Source of the DNA: an uncultured Alcaligenaceae bacterium
GTDB taxonomy: Bacteria > Planctomycetota > Planctomycetia > Gemmatales > Gemmataceae
Assembly (NCBI GenBank): GCA_964630925.1
Contig: CAZVZK010000027.1
Span: forward strand, 2,135-66,134
Length of the DNA stretch: 64,000 bases
Direction of reading: 5' to 3'
Numbering within the stretch: the stretch's first letter is position 1; each line of letters starts with the position of its first letter. Positions 55,932 through 64,000 of this stretch are shown here, piece by piece. The notes under the pieces were generated by a model. That model had not been told where the DNA came from. It searched no databases and saw only the letters and a program-made list of their open reading frames with translations. A program made the position numbers and the translations under genes.

Positions 55932-56408
55932 TCACTCCTTCTTGGCGCCCTCCTCGCCGACGGCGAGGGTGGTGGCGACGGGGGGGCCGATCTTGACGGG
56001 GGGCTTGACGCCGCCCTCCTCGCCGAGCGCCTTGGTGGACATGATGGGGCCGCCCGCCTCGCGGAGGGCCTTCGTCGCGCCGCCCTCCTCGCCGACGGCC
56101 AGGGTGGTGATCCTGGGACCGCCGTCCTCGCCGACGGCGCCGGTCACCACGGGGGGCTTGCCGCCCGTCTCAGAGGGGATGAGGGCCTTGGTCACCTTGC
56201 CGCCCTCCTCGCCGACGCGCTCCGTCGTGGGCTCGGGGCTAGGCGGCGCGATGCCGACGCGGTTGCTGGGCGGGGCGGCGGCGTTGGCCAGAGACGTGAA
56301 GCCGAAGTAGCCGGCGACGGCGGCGAACATGCCGAGGATGCCGCGGCGGGTGCTGCCGGCCGGCTCGTTGATCCCATCGAACGGATGACGCATGACGATA
56401 CCCCTCAT
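55932..56408 (-). CDS. Tat-signal protein built of T-x-A-x-G-E-E-G-G repeats
   Basis: Twin-arginine motif STRRGILGMFAAVAGYFGFTSLANA. Then RVGEEGGKVTKAL / GAVGEDGGPRITTLAVGEEGGATKALREAGGPIMSTKALGEEGGVKPP...TTLAVGEEGAKKE. The start could be 56408 or 56393; both are ATG. Confidence 0.65.
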   Translation of the reverse strand: MRGIVMRHPFDGINEPAGSTRRGILGMFAAVAGYFGFTSLANAAAPPSNRVGIAPPSPEPTTERVGEEGGKVTKALIPSETGGKPPVVTGAVGEDGGPRITTLAVGEEGGATKALREAGGPIMSTKALGEEGGVKPPVKIGPPVATTLAVGEEGAKKE

Positions 56409-56647
56409 TCGGTTGACGCGGAAACGAAGACCCCGTTGGGGGGCCTCCTCCCTTAGTACAGATACGACGGGCGAGGGAGGGGGACGGATTGCAGCGGTGC
56501 TGTTTTTTCGGAGTCGGCGCGTCCACGCCGGCCCTCTCCTGGCCGGTCGAAACACACTCCAAATCGTTGTTCTGACGGGAGTTAGCCCTCGCGTGCGCGC
56601 TCGGTTTCTGGTACACTACACCCTCGTCCGACAGCGTCGGAGAGACC

Positions 56648-57832
56648 ATGGCAAAGGAAGACAAATTCGGCGAATACAGCTCCGAACACTTCCAGGTCCT
56701 GCGGAACGCGGATCACATCCGCCAGCGCCCCGGCATGTACATCGGCGACACCGGCGCGCACGGGCTGCACCACCTCGTCTACGAGCTGATCTATAACGCG
56801 GTGGACGAGGCACAGGCGGGCTATTGCAAGAACATCGTCGTCAAGGCGCACGCCGACGAGAGCTGCAGCGTCGGCGACGACGGGCGCGGCATCCCGGCCG
56901 AGATGCACGCCGGCGAGGGGCGGCCCGTGCTGGAGGTCGTCATGACCAGCACCGGCACGAGCGGCAAATTCGACAGGGGGGCCTACAAGGTCTCGCTCGG
57001 CCTGCACGGCATGGGCCTCAAGGCGGTCAACGCCCTCAGCGAGCGGACGGAGGCCGTGGTGCAGCGGGGCGGGCGCACCTACCGGCAGGAGTACGAGCGG
57101 GGCAAGGCGACGACGGGGATCAAGGACATCGGGGCCAGTGAGCGCACCGGCACGACGATCCACTTCTGGCCGGACCCGCAGATCTTCCACGACGCGAAGC
57201 TGGTATTCGAAATGCTGGAGTCGCGCTGCCGCGAGCTGTGCTTCCTCAACAAGGGCCTGGCGATGCGCCTCGTGGACGAGCGCAGCGGCAAGGAGCAGCA
57301 GTTCAAGTACGACGGCGGCCTTGCCGACCTGCTGACGTGGCACACCCAGAACCTCACGCCCGTCTGCGCCCCCATCACCGGGGACATCGAAACGGAGGAG
57401 GGCCGGGCCAGCATCGCTTTCGCCTGGTACGAGGACGCGGGCGAGTCCATCCGCTGTTACTGCAACTGCGGGTACGTCCTGCGCGGCGAGCATCTGCGCG
57501 GCATCCGCTCCGCAAGGACGCGCCACGCCGTTGACCTGGGGCCGCGCCTGCCGGCGTTGCGCGACGCCCTCGCCGGCCGCGTGACGTTCGCGGATGTCGC
57601 GAGGATGGGGTTCGTCGCCGTCATCTCCTTCGAGCTGGCGGACCCGATGTACGGCGCGCCGACGAGGGACCTCCTCAACAACACCGAGGCGTTCCGCCTC
57701 AGCGTCGCCCTCGTCCGCCAATGCCTGGAGCGGTTCGCGCAGGAACGCCCCGACGACGCCCGCGCCGTCGAGGCGTTCCTGATCGCGGCCCACATCGATC
57801 CGAAGACCGGCGCCCCGAACGTCTTGGTTTGA
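56648..57832 (+). CDS. Truncated GyrB paralogue: GHKL ATPase + transducer domains only (no Toprim or C-terminal domain)
   Basis: RQRPGMYIGDT, GLHHLVYELIYNAVDEA, SVGDDGRGIP, SGKF...YKVSLGLHGMGLKAVNALS, GTTIHFWPDPQIF, RELCFLNKGL. Ends at 394 aa, about where the E. coli 43-kDa fragment ends. Confidence 0.8.
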   Translation: MAKEDKFGEYSSEHFQVLRNADHIRQRPGMYIGDTGAHGLHHLVYELIYNAVDEAQAGYCKNIVVKAHADESCSVGDDGRGIPAEMHAGEGRPVLEVVMTSTGTSGKFDRGAYKVSLGLHGMGLKAVNALSERTEAVVQRGGRTYRQEYERGKATTGIKDIGASERTGTTIHFWPDPQIFHDAKLVFEMLESRCRELCFLNKGLAMRLVDERSGKEQQFKYDGGLADLLTWHTQNLTPVCAPITGDIETEEGRASIAFAWYEDAGESIRCYCNCGYVLRGEHLRGIRSARTRHAVDLGPRLPALRDALAGRVTFADVARMGFVAVISFELADPMYGAPTRDLLNNTEAFRLSVALVRQCLERFAQERPDDARAVEAFLIAAHIDPKTGAPNVLV

Positions 57833-57876
57833 CTTCAGGCGAGCGGGCCCGCGAGGGGCCCGAGTCAGCCTTCGGG

Positions 57877-59130
57877 TCACTTCCCCTCGGCCGCCTTGAG
57901 CTTCTTCTCCACGTCCACCTTGCGCTTCACGTCGCGCTTGCTCGTCGTCGCGTACTCCAGGCCCTTCTTCCACGCCGCCACGGCCTCGGCCTTCTCGCCC
58001 AGCGCCATGTGAATGTCGCCCAGGTGGTCGAGGATCTCCAGGTGCTGCCCCTCCGGGTCCCTCACCGCCTCCTGCAACAGCGGCTTCGCTTCCTTCGCCT
58101 TCCCTTGCTTGAACAGCACCCACCCCAGGCTATCCACGTACGACGGGTTGTCCTTGTCGTCCTTCGGCGTCAGGTCCGGGTTCAGCTTCTTGCGGATCTT
58201 CCGCTCCTCCGCGATGGCCCGCCGGATGAGCTTCTCGGCCTCCTGGAGGTTCTTCCCGTTGTCCGCCCAGATGAACCCCAGGTCGTTGTTGTACGTCGGG
58301 TTGTTCGGCTCGCGCTCCAGGAGCGCCTTGAGCTGCTCCGCCGCCTTGTCGATCTGCCCCATGTCCACGTACAGGCCCGACAGCGTGTAGCGGAACTCGT
58401 CCGCCCACTCGTCGCGGACCTCCTTCTCCAACCGGTCGTCCTTCGACACCTTGTCGATCAGCTCGACGTACAGCTTGGCCGCGTCCTCGTGCTGCTCGCC
58501 CTCGCGCAGCACCTGCGCCTTGAGCGAGTGGTGCAGCCAGTTCTTGGGGTCGCGGGCGATCACGTCGTCGATGATCTTCACCGCCCGCTTCACGCCGCCC
58601 TGCCGCGCGATGGCCACGATCATCCGCCGGAACACCGTCTCCTTCAGACGCTCCAGCCCCTCGCTGTCGGGGTCCTCCTCATCGACCTCGATGGCCAGGA
58701 ACTCCTTGCACACCTTCTCGACCTCGGCGTTGCGCCCCGCGTCCAGGTTCACCTGGATGATCCCCAGGTACGCCGTCGCCAGCCCGCGCTCGCTGCCCAT
58801 CTTCGCCGACATCTTTGCGTAGGCCTTGTACAGCGCGATGGCCGCGTCCGTGTGCTTGTGCGACTCGGCGGCCAGGGCCATCAGGAAGGTCGTGTTGCGG
58901 CCCATCCGCGGCGGCGTCTCGCGGGAGAGATCCAGGGCGGCGGCGACCAGCCTCTTGCCGCGGGCCGCGTCGGCCGACAGCTCGGCGAGTTTGCCCAGGA
59001 TCGGCTCGTTGCCGGTGATCGCGTTGAACGACAACACCTCGCGGCTCGCCTCGTCCGGCGTGGGCGGGCCGGCGGCGAAGCTGGCCGACCCGATCAGTGC
59101 CAACGCCAACAGCCCGCGTACCTTGACCAT
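57877..59130 (-). CDS. Secreted TPR repeat protein
   Basis: ATG at 59130 with GGAGG 7 nt upstream. Signal peptide MVKVRGLLALALIGSASFA. Several TPR units (DKAAEQLKALLEREPNNPTYNNDLGFIWAD..., SLGWVLFKQGKAKEAKPLLQEAV...). Confidence 0.8.
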   Translation of the reverse strand: MVKVRGLLALALIGSASFAAGPPTPDEASREVLSFNAITGNEPILGKLAELSADAARGKRLVAAALDLSRETPPRMGRNTTFLMALAAESHKHTDAAIALYKAYAKMSAKMGSERGLATAYLGIIQVNLDAGRNAEVEKVCKEFLAIEVDEEDPDSEGLERLKETVFRRMIVAIARQGGVKRAVKIIDDVIARDPKNWLHHSLKAQVLREGEQHEDAAKLYVELIDKVSKDDRLEKEVRDEWADEFRYTLSGLYVDMGQIDKAAEQLKALLEREPNNPTYNNDLGFIWADNGKNLQEAEKLIRRAIAEERKIRKKLNPDLTPKDDKDNPSYVDSLGWVLFKQGKAKEAKPLLQEAVRDPEGQHLEILDHLGDIHMALGEKAEAVAAWKKGLEYATTSKRDVKRKVDVEKKLKAAEGK

Positions 59131-59388
59131 CGCTTCGCCTCCCTCGGGGCCGCCGATCCTCACGTCCTTGCCTCTCGGGCCCGGCCCGCCCACGCGGGCC
59201 ATCCCCCCATCCTAGCCGAACGGCACTCCCCGTGCCAATGGAAGATCTCAGCCGGCCCCTTGACGCCCGCCGGGGCCCTCCCCTATCATCCCCGTGTCAC
59301 GCCCCCACGGAATGGTTATCGCCTGGTCCATCACGAAGTGTGATGGGGCGAGCCTGGGGCGGGCATTCCCACACAAGGGGACCACCGA

Positions 59389-59934
59389 ATGAAGCTGTCG
59401 CACTTCGCCGCCCTGGCCGTCGCCCTGTTCGTCGGCTCGGCCATCGCCGAGGAGAAGGCCATCAAGTCCGGCCCGCAGGCCGGCGAGGAGCTGGCCGGCC
59501 CGTTCCACCCGCTCAATATCAACGGCAAGTCCGCCGGCAAGAAGTTCTGCCTCTACTGCGCCAACGGCGGCAACCCCGTCGCCATGGTCTTCGCCCGCGA
59601 GGCCTCCGCCGACCTCGAGAAGCTCGTCAAGAAGCTCGACGCCGCCGTCGGCAAGGCCGAGAAGGCCGGCAGCTTCGTCGTGTTCTGCTCGAGCGAGGAC
59701 GGCCTTGAGGCCAAGCTGAAGAAGATGGCCAAGGACGCCGACCTCAAGAAGGTCGTCCTCTCCATCGACAACCCCGCCGGCCCCGAGGGCTACAAGGTCG
59801 CCAAGGAGGCCGAGATCACCGTCGTCCTCTACAAGAACCGGACGTGCGAGCAGAACTTCACCTTCGCCAAGGGCAAGATCACGGACGCCGACATCACCAA
59901 GATCGTCGAGGCCACCGACAAGCTGGTCAAGTGA
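59389..59934 (+). CDS. Secreted thioredoxin-fold-like hypothetical protein
   Basis: Signal peptide MKLSHFAALAVALFVGSAIA. CLYC motif in ...GKKFCLYCANGGNPVAMVF. Lys/Asp-rich alpha/beta pattern. Confidence 0.72.
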   Translation: MKLSHFAALAVALFVGSAIAEEKAIKSGPQAGEELAGPFHPLNINGKSAGKKFCLYCANGGNPVAMVFAREASADLEKLVKKLDAAVGKAEKAGSFVVFCSSEDGLEAKLKKMAKDADLKKVVLSIDNPAGPEGYKVAKEAEITVVLYKNRTCEQNFTFAKGKITDADITKIVEATDKLVK

Positions 59935-59995
59935 CCTTAGTAGCTGACAGCCAGCAACAGCCGGCGAACAGCCAGCAACAGCCAGCTTAACAGCC

Positions 59996-60045
59996 AACAG
60001 CCGGACTCCCCATCAGCGGGAGTCCGGCTGTTCTTGCTTTCGCTT
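59996..60045 (+). terminator. Rho-independent-type terminator after 59389..59934
   Basis: Perfect 15-bp stem AACAGCCGGACTCCC-catcagc-GGGAGTCCGGCTGTT followed by the T-rich CTTGCTTTCGCTTGCTT. It is nested in a longer 138-nt imperfect hairpin (59940-60077). Confidence 0.6.
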
Positions 60046-60173
60046 GCTTCCGCTGGCCGTTGCTGGCTGTCAGCTACTCCGGTCAGCTATTCACAGCCCG
60101 CCCTTTTTCCCTCCCCCCCTTGCCCGCCGGGCCGTTCCGCCTATCCGAACGCCCGAATCCGCCGGCCCTGCGT

Positions 60174-60527
60174 GTGGCGACGGAGACGGAGAAGGGGCAC
60201 GGGCGGACGGAGACGCGGGAGCTGGAGACGACGACGGCCCTGACGCTGGGCCGGAAGTGGCCGGGCCTGAAGCGGGGGTTCCGGATAACGCGGACGCGGG
60301 TGGTGAAGGGTGTGACCACGACGGAGGTGCATTACGGGATCACGAGCCTGACGGAGGGGGAGGCGGACGCGAGGCGTCTGCTGGGGCTGGTGCGGGGGCA
60401 CTGGCGGATAGAGAACGGGCTGCACTGGGTGCGCGACGTGACGATGGGCGAGGACGCCTGCCGGGTGCGGCGCGGCAACGCGCCGCAGGTGCTGGCGGCC
60501 TTCAGGAGCCTGGCCGTGTTCCGTTAA
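60174..60527 (+). pseudogene. ISAs1-family (IS4-like DDE) transposase, C-terminal third only
   Basis: EKGHGRTETRELETT...WPGLKRGFRITRTRVVKG..TTEVHYGITSL....ARRLLGLVRGHWRIENGLHWVRDVTMGEDACRVRRGNAPQVLAAFRSLA matches the ISAs1/H-repeat transposase C-terminus. The N-terminal ~250 aa, including the first catalytic Asp residues, are absent. Confidence 0.7.
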
Positions 60528-60579
60528 GGCGATGCCCCTTTCCGCAGGGCTGCCCGGCTCTGAGCCCGCTTGACCGGAG

Positions 60580-63273
60580 ATGGACGACTCGGATACAGTC
60601 CGGCCGGCGCAGCGCCGCCACGCCCGAAGAGGAGCCGCCATGAGCCCCGACGCCACCCCGGCCGCCTCCCGGCACGTCTGGGCCGTCCGCATCGCCTGCC
60701 TCGCCCTCCTGCTCGCCGCCCATTTCGCCGCGCGCTGGCAGGTCGCCCGCACACTCACCACCGGTGGCGGGGGGCCGTTGTGGGCGTCCGCATCCCTCTA
60801 CCCCGACGTGTACCGCGTGTCGCTCTCCCTGGCCGAAGGCAGGGGCTATCGCACCATCGCCCTCGGCGGCCCGCCTCTCACCGAAGAAGGCATGCTCGAG
60901 CCCGGGGCGGCGGTCGAGCCGTCCCCCGAGGCCCGGCCTCTGCTCGAGTTCTTCCGCTTCGAGCGACAACGGCTGTCACGCGATCAGCTCGACGCCTACT
61001 GGGCCAGCGCCGACGCCGCCAGCCCCGAGACGGGCAACTACGAGTCGGGCCGTGTCTTCGACCTGTATGCCGTCGCCCTGCTGTGGCGTCTCTTCGGCGT
61101 CTCGTGGCCTGTCTTCTTCGCCTTCTGCGCGGCGTCCAGCACCGCCTGCTGCCTCGCCGCCGTCCTCATCGCCTGGAGGCTGTCGTACAGCTGGCTGGCC
61201 GGCCTCGCCGCCGGGGCGCTCTTCGCCGTCTCGCCCTTCGAGACCCTCTTCGCCATCCGCACCGTCCGCGACATCTCGCCGCTCTGGGCGGCCACGTTCT
61301 CCTTCGCCGTGTTCGTCCTGTGCGTCGAACGCTTCAAATCGGCATGGGCCAACGGCCTCGCCGCCTTCGCCCTCGGGGCCGTCGCCCTCGCCGGCAAGGG
61401 CTGGCGCTCCGACGCCATGCTCCTCGCGCCGATCCTGTTCGCCGCCCTGGCCGTCACCGCGTGGCGGGCGCGGGGCTGGCTCGCCTCCCTCTCCGCTTGC
61501 GGGCTGTACGCCCTGGGGGCGTCGGCGGTCCTGCTCGTCCTCTCGCTGATCGCACCGCCCCCCCCCGGGTCAAACAGCACCTCGTTCCACGTCGCGTACT
61601 ACGGCTACTCCGCCCGCGCCAACGTCCTCGGGGTCGAGAACAGCCTGCGGGTCGCCCGCTGCGACCTCGACACCTATTACCGCGTCCGCGAGCGTCACCT
61701 GGCCGACGGCCTGCCCGGCAGGCCGCCGCGCATCTACGGCCCCGGCTACGGCGAGCTGTGCCGGGCCATGTACCTCGACGCCCTGCCGTACCACGCCCAC
61801 GTCTACGCCCGCGCGTTCCCCTGGTTCTACTGGCAGGCGCACTCCGCCCTCCCCGCCGAGGGGCTGGTGCAGGGCGAGGACGTGGGCCTCGCCCGCTCCG
61901 GCCAGCACCCCCGGCTCCGAGTCGTGTACGGCTGGTGCATGGGGCCGCTCACCGCCGCCCTGCCGGCGCTGTTCGTCCTCGGCGCGGCCGCCCTCTTCCT
62001 CGCGGGGTACGAGAGGGCACGCGGCGGCTGGCTCCTGCTGTTCTCAGGCTACTACGCCCTGATCCTCCTGGCCGTCCTGCCCGAGCGCAAGCACGCCGGG
62101 CAGCTCCTCCTGCCGCTGTACGTGTTCGCCGGCCTCGGCGTCGCCGCCCTGGCCCGGCTCGCCCGCGCCGCATGGGAACGTGACCTCCCCGCCCCCGACG
62201 CCTCCGGCCTGCGCTGGGCCGTCGGGTCGGCCGCCGCCGCGCTGGCCCTGTGGCTGGGGGCGTGCGTGGTGACGTACCCGATCAGCCGGGCGGAGCGGCA
62301 GAAGATGCTGGCGGATGTCCGCGAACGCGCCGCCGAGGGCGAGGACGCCTCCGCCCACCTCGCCGGGCCGCGCTGGTTCTCGGCCAGGGACACCGGGCGG
62401 GCGACGGGCTACCTCCTGACCGTGCAGGCGGAGACGGGCGGCGGCCTGCTGCTCTGCCGCGTCGCCCGTCCGCACGTCGGGAGCGTGCCGGGCCGCGACC
62501 ACGTCACCCGTCACCGGCTGCACGCGGGGCGGCAGAGCTTTTGCGTCTGCCTGCCGTCCGACGAGGACGGCGACCCGCGGGCTATGGCCTGCTCGGTGCG
62601 GCTGCCGGAGGGGGCGCGCTTCCTCTCGTGCGTCAAGTTCCGCCCGGCCCCCGGAAGGCTGGCGGGCCTGGCCACGCTCTTCACCGAGGATGACGCCCAC
62701 CCCGGCCCGCCGCTGGTGGGGACGACGCTGGCCGCCGACCTAATCGGCGGGTGCGGGCCTTCCGACATCCGCTACGAGGCGGAGGCGTGTGCGTTCGCTC
62801 CGTCCGGGCTGCCGCTGGAGGGTGCGTTGTCCATGCGCCCCGCCGCGACGACAGAGGTGGATCTGGCCCGGTTGGAGGGTGAGGACGCGGAGATCGCGGC
62901 TGGGCCGTCCGGGGCGACGGTCACCGCCCGCCCCTACACGATGGGCCACGCCCTGGCCCCGGTGTTCGAGGCGCCGCACGACGGGGATTACCTCTTCGAG
63001 GCGCGCTACCGCCGTGGGACGAGCGCGGCCCACCTGGTGTTGCGGCCGCAGGCGGACGGCCCCGCCCCGCAGGCCGTGACGTGGGCGGGGCCGCGCGAGG
63101 GGCAGATGCGCACGCTGTGCGTGCTGGCCCGGCTACGCCGCGGGGAGAGGGTGCGGGCGGTGATCGTCTCCCTGGACAACCTGTCATCGTGTCCGGCGTC
63201 CTTCACCGTCGAGGCGTTGCGAGTGGTGGCGGTGCCCGCCGAGCTGGCGCGCCTGGCCGCGCCCGGCCGGTGA
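60580..63273 (+). CDS. Large polytopic membrane protein (GT-C-like N-terminal half) with soluble C-terminal domain
   Basis: About 10-12 hydrophobic helices between aa 30 and 560 (e.g. VFDLYAVALLWRLFGVSWPVFFAFCAASSTACCLAAVLIAW). Non-membrane C-terminal ~300 aa. An alternative ATG lies at 60640. Confidence 0.68.
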   Translation: MDDSDTVRPAQRRHARRGAAMSPDATPAASRHVWAVRIACLALLLAAHFAARWQVARTLTTGGGGPLWASASLYPDVYRVSLSLAEGRGYRTIALGGPPLTEEGMLEPGAAVEPSPEARPLLEFFRFERQRLSRDQLDAYWASADAASPETGNYESGRVFDLYAVALLWRLFGVSWPVFFAFCAASSTACCLAAVLIAWRLSYSWLAGLAAGALFAVSPFETLFAIRTVRDISPLWAATFSFAVFVLCVERFKSAWANGLAAFALGAVALAGKGWRSDAMLLAPILFAALAVTAWRARGWLASLSACGLYALGASAVLLVLSLIAPPPPGSNSTSFHVAYYGYSARANVLGVENSLRVARCDLDTYYRVRERHLADGLPGRPPRIYGPGYGELCRAMYLDALPYHAHVYARAFPWFYWQAHSALPAEGLVQGEDVGLARSGQHPRLRVVYGWCMGPLTAALPALFVLGAAALFLAGYERARGGWLLLFSGYYALILLAVLPERKHAGQLLLPLYVFAGLGVAALARLARAAWERDLPAPDASGLRWAVGSAAAALALWLGACVVTYPISRAERQKMLADVRERAAEGEDASAHLAGPRWFSARDTGRATGYLLTVQAETGGGLLLCRVARPHVGSVPGRDHVTRHRLHAGRQSFCVCLPSDEDGDPRAMACSVRLPEGARFLSCVKFRPAPGRLAGLATLFTEDDAHPGPPLVGTTLAADLIGGCGPSDIRYEAEACAFAPSGLPLEGALSMRPAATTEVDLARLEGEDAEIAAGPSGATVTARPYTMGHALAPVFEAPHDGDYLFEARYRRGTSAAHLVLRPQADGPAPQAVTWAGPREGQMRTLCVLARLRRGERVRAVIVSLDNLSSCPASFTVEALRVVAVPAELARLAAPGR

Positions 63274-63668
63274 CGGCGGTTCACCACCGCTGCTGGCCGT
63301 TGTGGAGGCGAGGACTGAAGCGGGTGAAACCGTCAGCCAGGATGAGGCGTGGTGTGACGCGTCTGTCATCAACTTGCGTTGCATTTCAGACCCCCAGTCA
63401 AACAACACCCACCCCCGGAAACGCATCCGCGCCCCCGAAGTCACCTGCCCACTCCTTGGAGTCACATGTCCACTTTTCGGAGAAGTGAGCAGGTGACTCG
63501 GCATCATTGGACGCCTTGTGCCGCTGACTGGCGGTGAGTGCGCGAGTCACCGGGCCACATGCCCACTTCGCGCACCCCATCAACCATACGGGGCCGCCAG
63601 GCCGGTTGCCACGCACCATCACTCTCGGCGAACCAGCAACCCACAGGTCACGCCGGAATGGAGTGAGG

Positions 63669-64000
63669 TCAGACGGAGAAAAGGATGCGTGGCGTGCCGA
63701 ACCGCTCCAGCAGGCGGGCGCGGCCCTCCGGGGTAAGGCCCGTCGATTCGTGTTCGAAACTGAGGCTTCCCAGGCCCTGCAATTCGGGCGACTCGGTGAG
63801 GGCGCGCACGGCCTCCTCCCCGATCTCGTTTCCGGCAATGTGGAGCGACCTGAGCGGCCTGACAATGGGGGCACGCGCCAGCATGGCGATCCCGACGTCC
63901 GTCAGGCCGCAGGAGCCGAGGGATAGGCTGCGGAGCGAGGGCTGCTCGGGGGCGGCGGCAATGGCCGCGGCGCCCGCATCGCCGAGTGGGTTACTGGCCA
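63669..64000 (-). CDS. Leucine-rich repeat (RNI-like) protein, C-terminal end (5' part outside the window)
   Basis: The frame is open to the window edge: ...NPLGDAGAAAIAAAPEQPSLRSLSLGSCGLTDVGIAMLARAPIVRPLRSLHIAGNEIGEEAVRALTESPELQGLGSLSF... These are 28-residue RNI-type LRR units. Confidence 0.75.
   Translation of the reverse strand, partial: ASNPLGDAGAAAIAAAPEQPSLRSLSLGSCGLTDVGIAMLARAPIVRPLRSLHIAGNEIGEEAVRALTESPELQGLGSLSFEHESTGLTPEGRARLLERFGTPRILFSV

Noticed and set aside
56589-56617. Possible extended -10 promoter (TGgTACACT) 30 nt upstream of the GyrB-like gene, and a TTGGCG-17-TACTCT promoter-like site at about 17005-17033
   Set aside because: Planctomycetal promoter consensus is poorly defined. 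The -35 element is absent in the first case, and both are single weak matches, so neither was reported as a feature.
59940-63273. A genomic island or prophage delimited by the ISAs1 remnant
   Set aside because: There is only one degraded transposase fragment. There is no integrase, no flanking direct repeats, no tRNA target and no compositional shift in the neighbouring genes.

Overview
About 70% GC bacterial chromosomal segment. The gene content points to Planctomycetota, probably Gemmataceae-like: a DUF1559/H-X9-DG prepilin-type protein, a DUF1549/DUF1553 protein, BatA/VWA membrane proteins, FG-GAP/UnbV (CRTAC1-like) proteins, many TPR/HEAT/WD40/LRR proteins, and the '...EEAGC.D..ILTHLRSPGPHVRGCWALDLVLGRG' C-terminal motif family. 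I support about 50 CDS, and found no rRNA, tRNA or CRISPR array. All domain names come from reading the translations and from memory of protein families; no database search was possible. Because of the GC content, nearly every real gene is shadowed by long Arg/Pro/Ala/Gly-rich ORFs in other frames or on the opposite strand, and I rejected those. Recognisable housekeeping or enzyme genes: argS (3' part), an MFS transporter plus an N-acetylneuraminate-lyase-family aldolase, a Tat-exported sulfite-oxidase-family molybdoenzyme, a beta-lactamase-fold serine hydrolase, a PAP2/vanadium-haloperoxidase-like protein, a xylose-isomerase-like TIM-barrel protein, a TolC-like outer membrane protein, a MutS-domain-V ATPase, a thiolase, a NUDIX hydrolase and a ThiF-type E1 enzyme. 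Observations worth a second look: (1) a HEAT/FG-GAP/UnbV gene is interrupted by a single in-frame TGA followed by a hairpin, so it is either a selenocysteine candidate or a fresh pseudogene. (2) A ~177-nt intergenic block is 97% G/C and built from homopolymer runs up to C17 and G13. (3) A two-gene module recurs: a Cys-rich ~238-aa protein convergent with a ~75-95-aa 'RPFxPF' protein. It is present as two full copies, an orphan 3' fragment and a tandem overlapping small-gene pair. (4) A stand-alone, Toprim-less GyrB paralogue matches the classical 43-kDa ATPase fragment and has substituted ATP-site residues. (5) A cluster of secreted low-complexity proteins includes a Gly-Tyr-Arg repeat protein. 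(6) A Tat-signal protein made of T-x-A-x-G-E-E-G-G repeats lies near the ThiF-type enzyme. (7) Several families of nested-palindrome or MITE-like intergenic elements and an ISAs1 transposase remnant are present.
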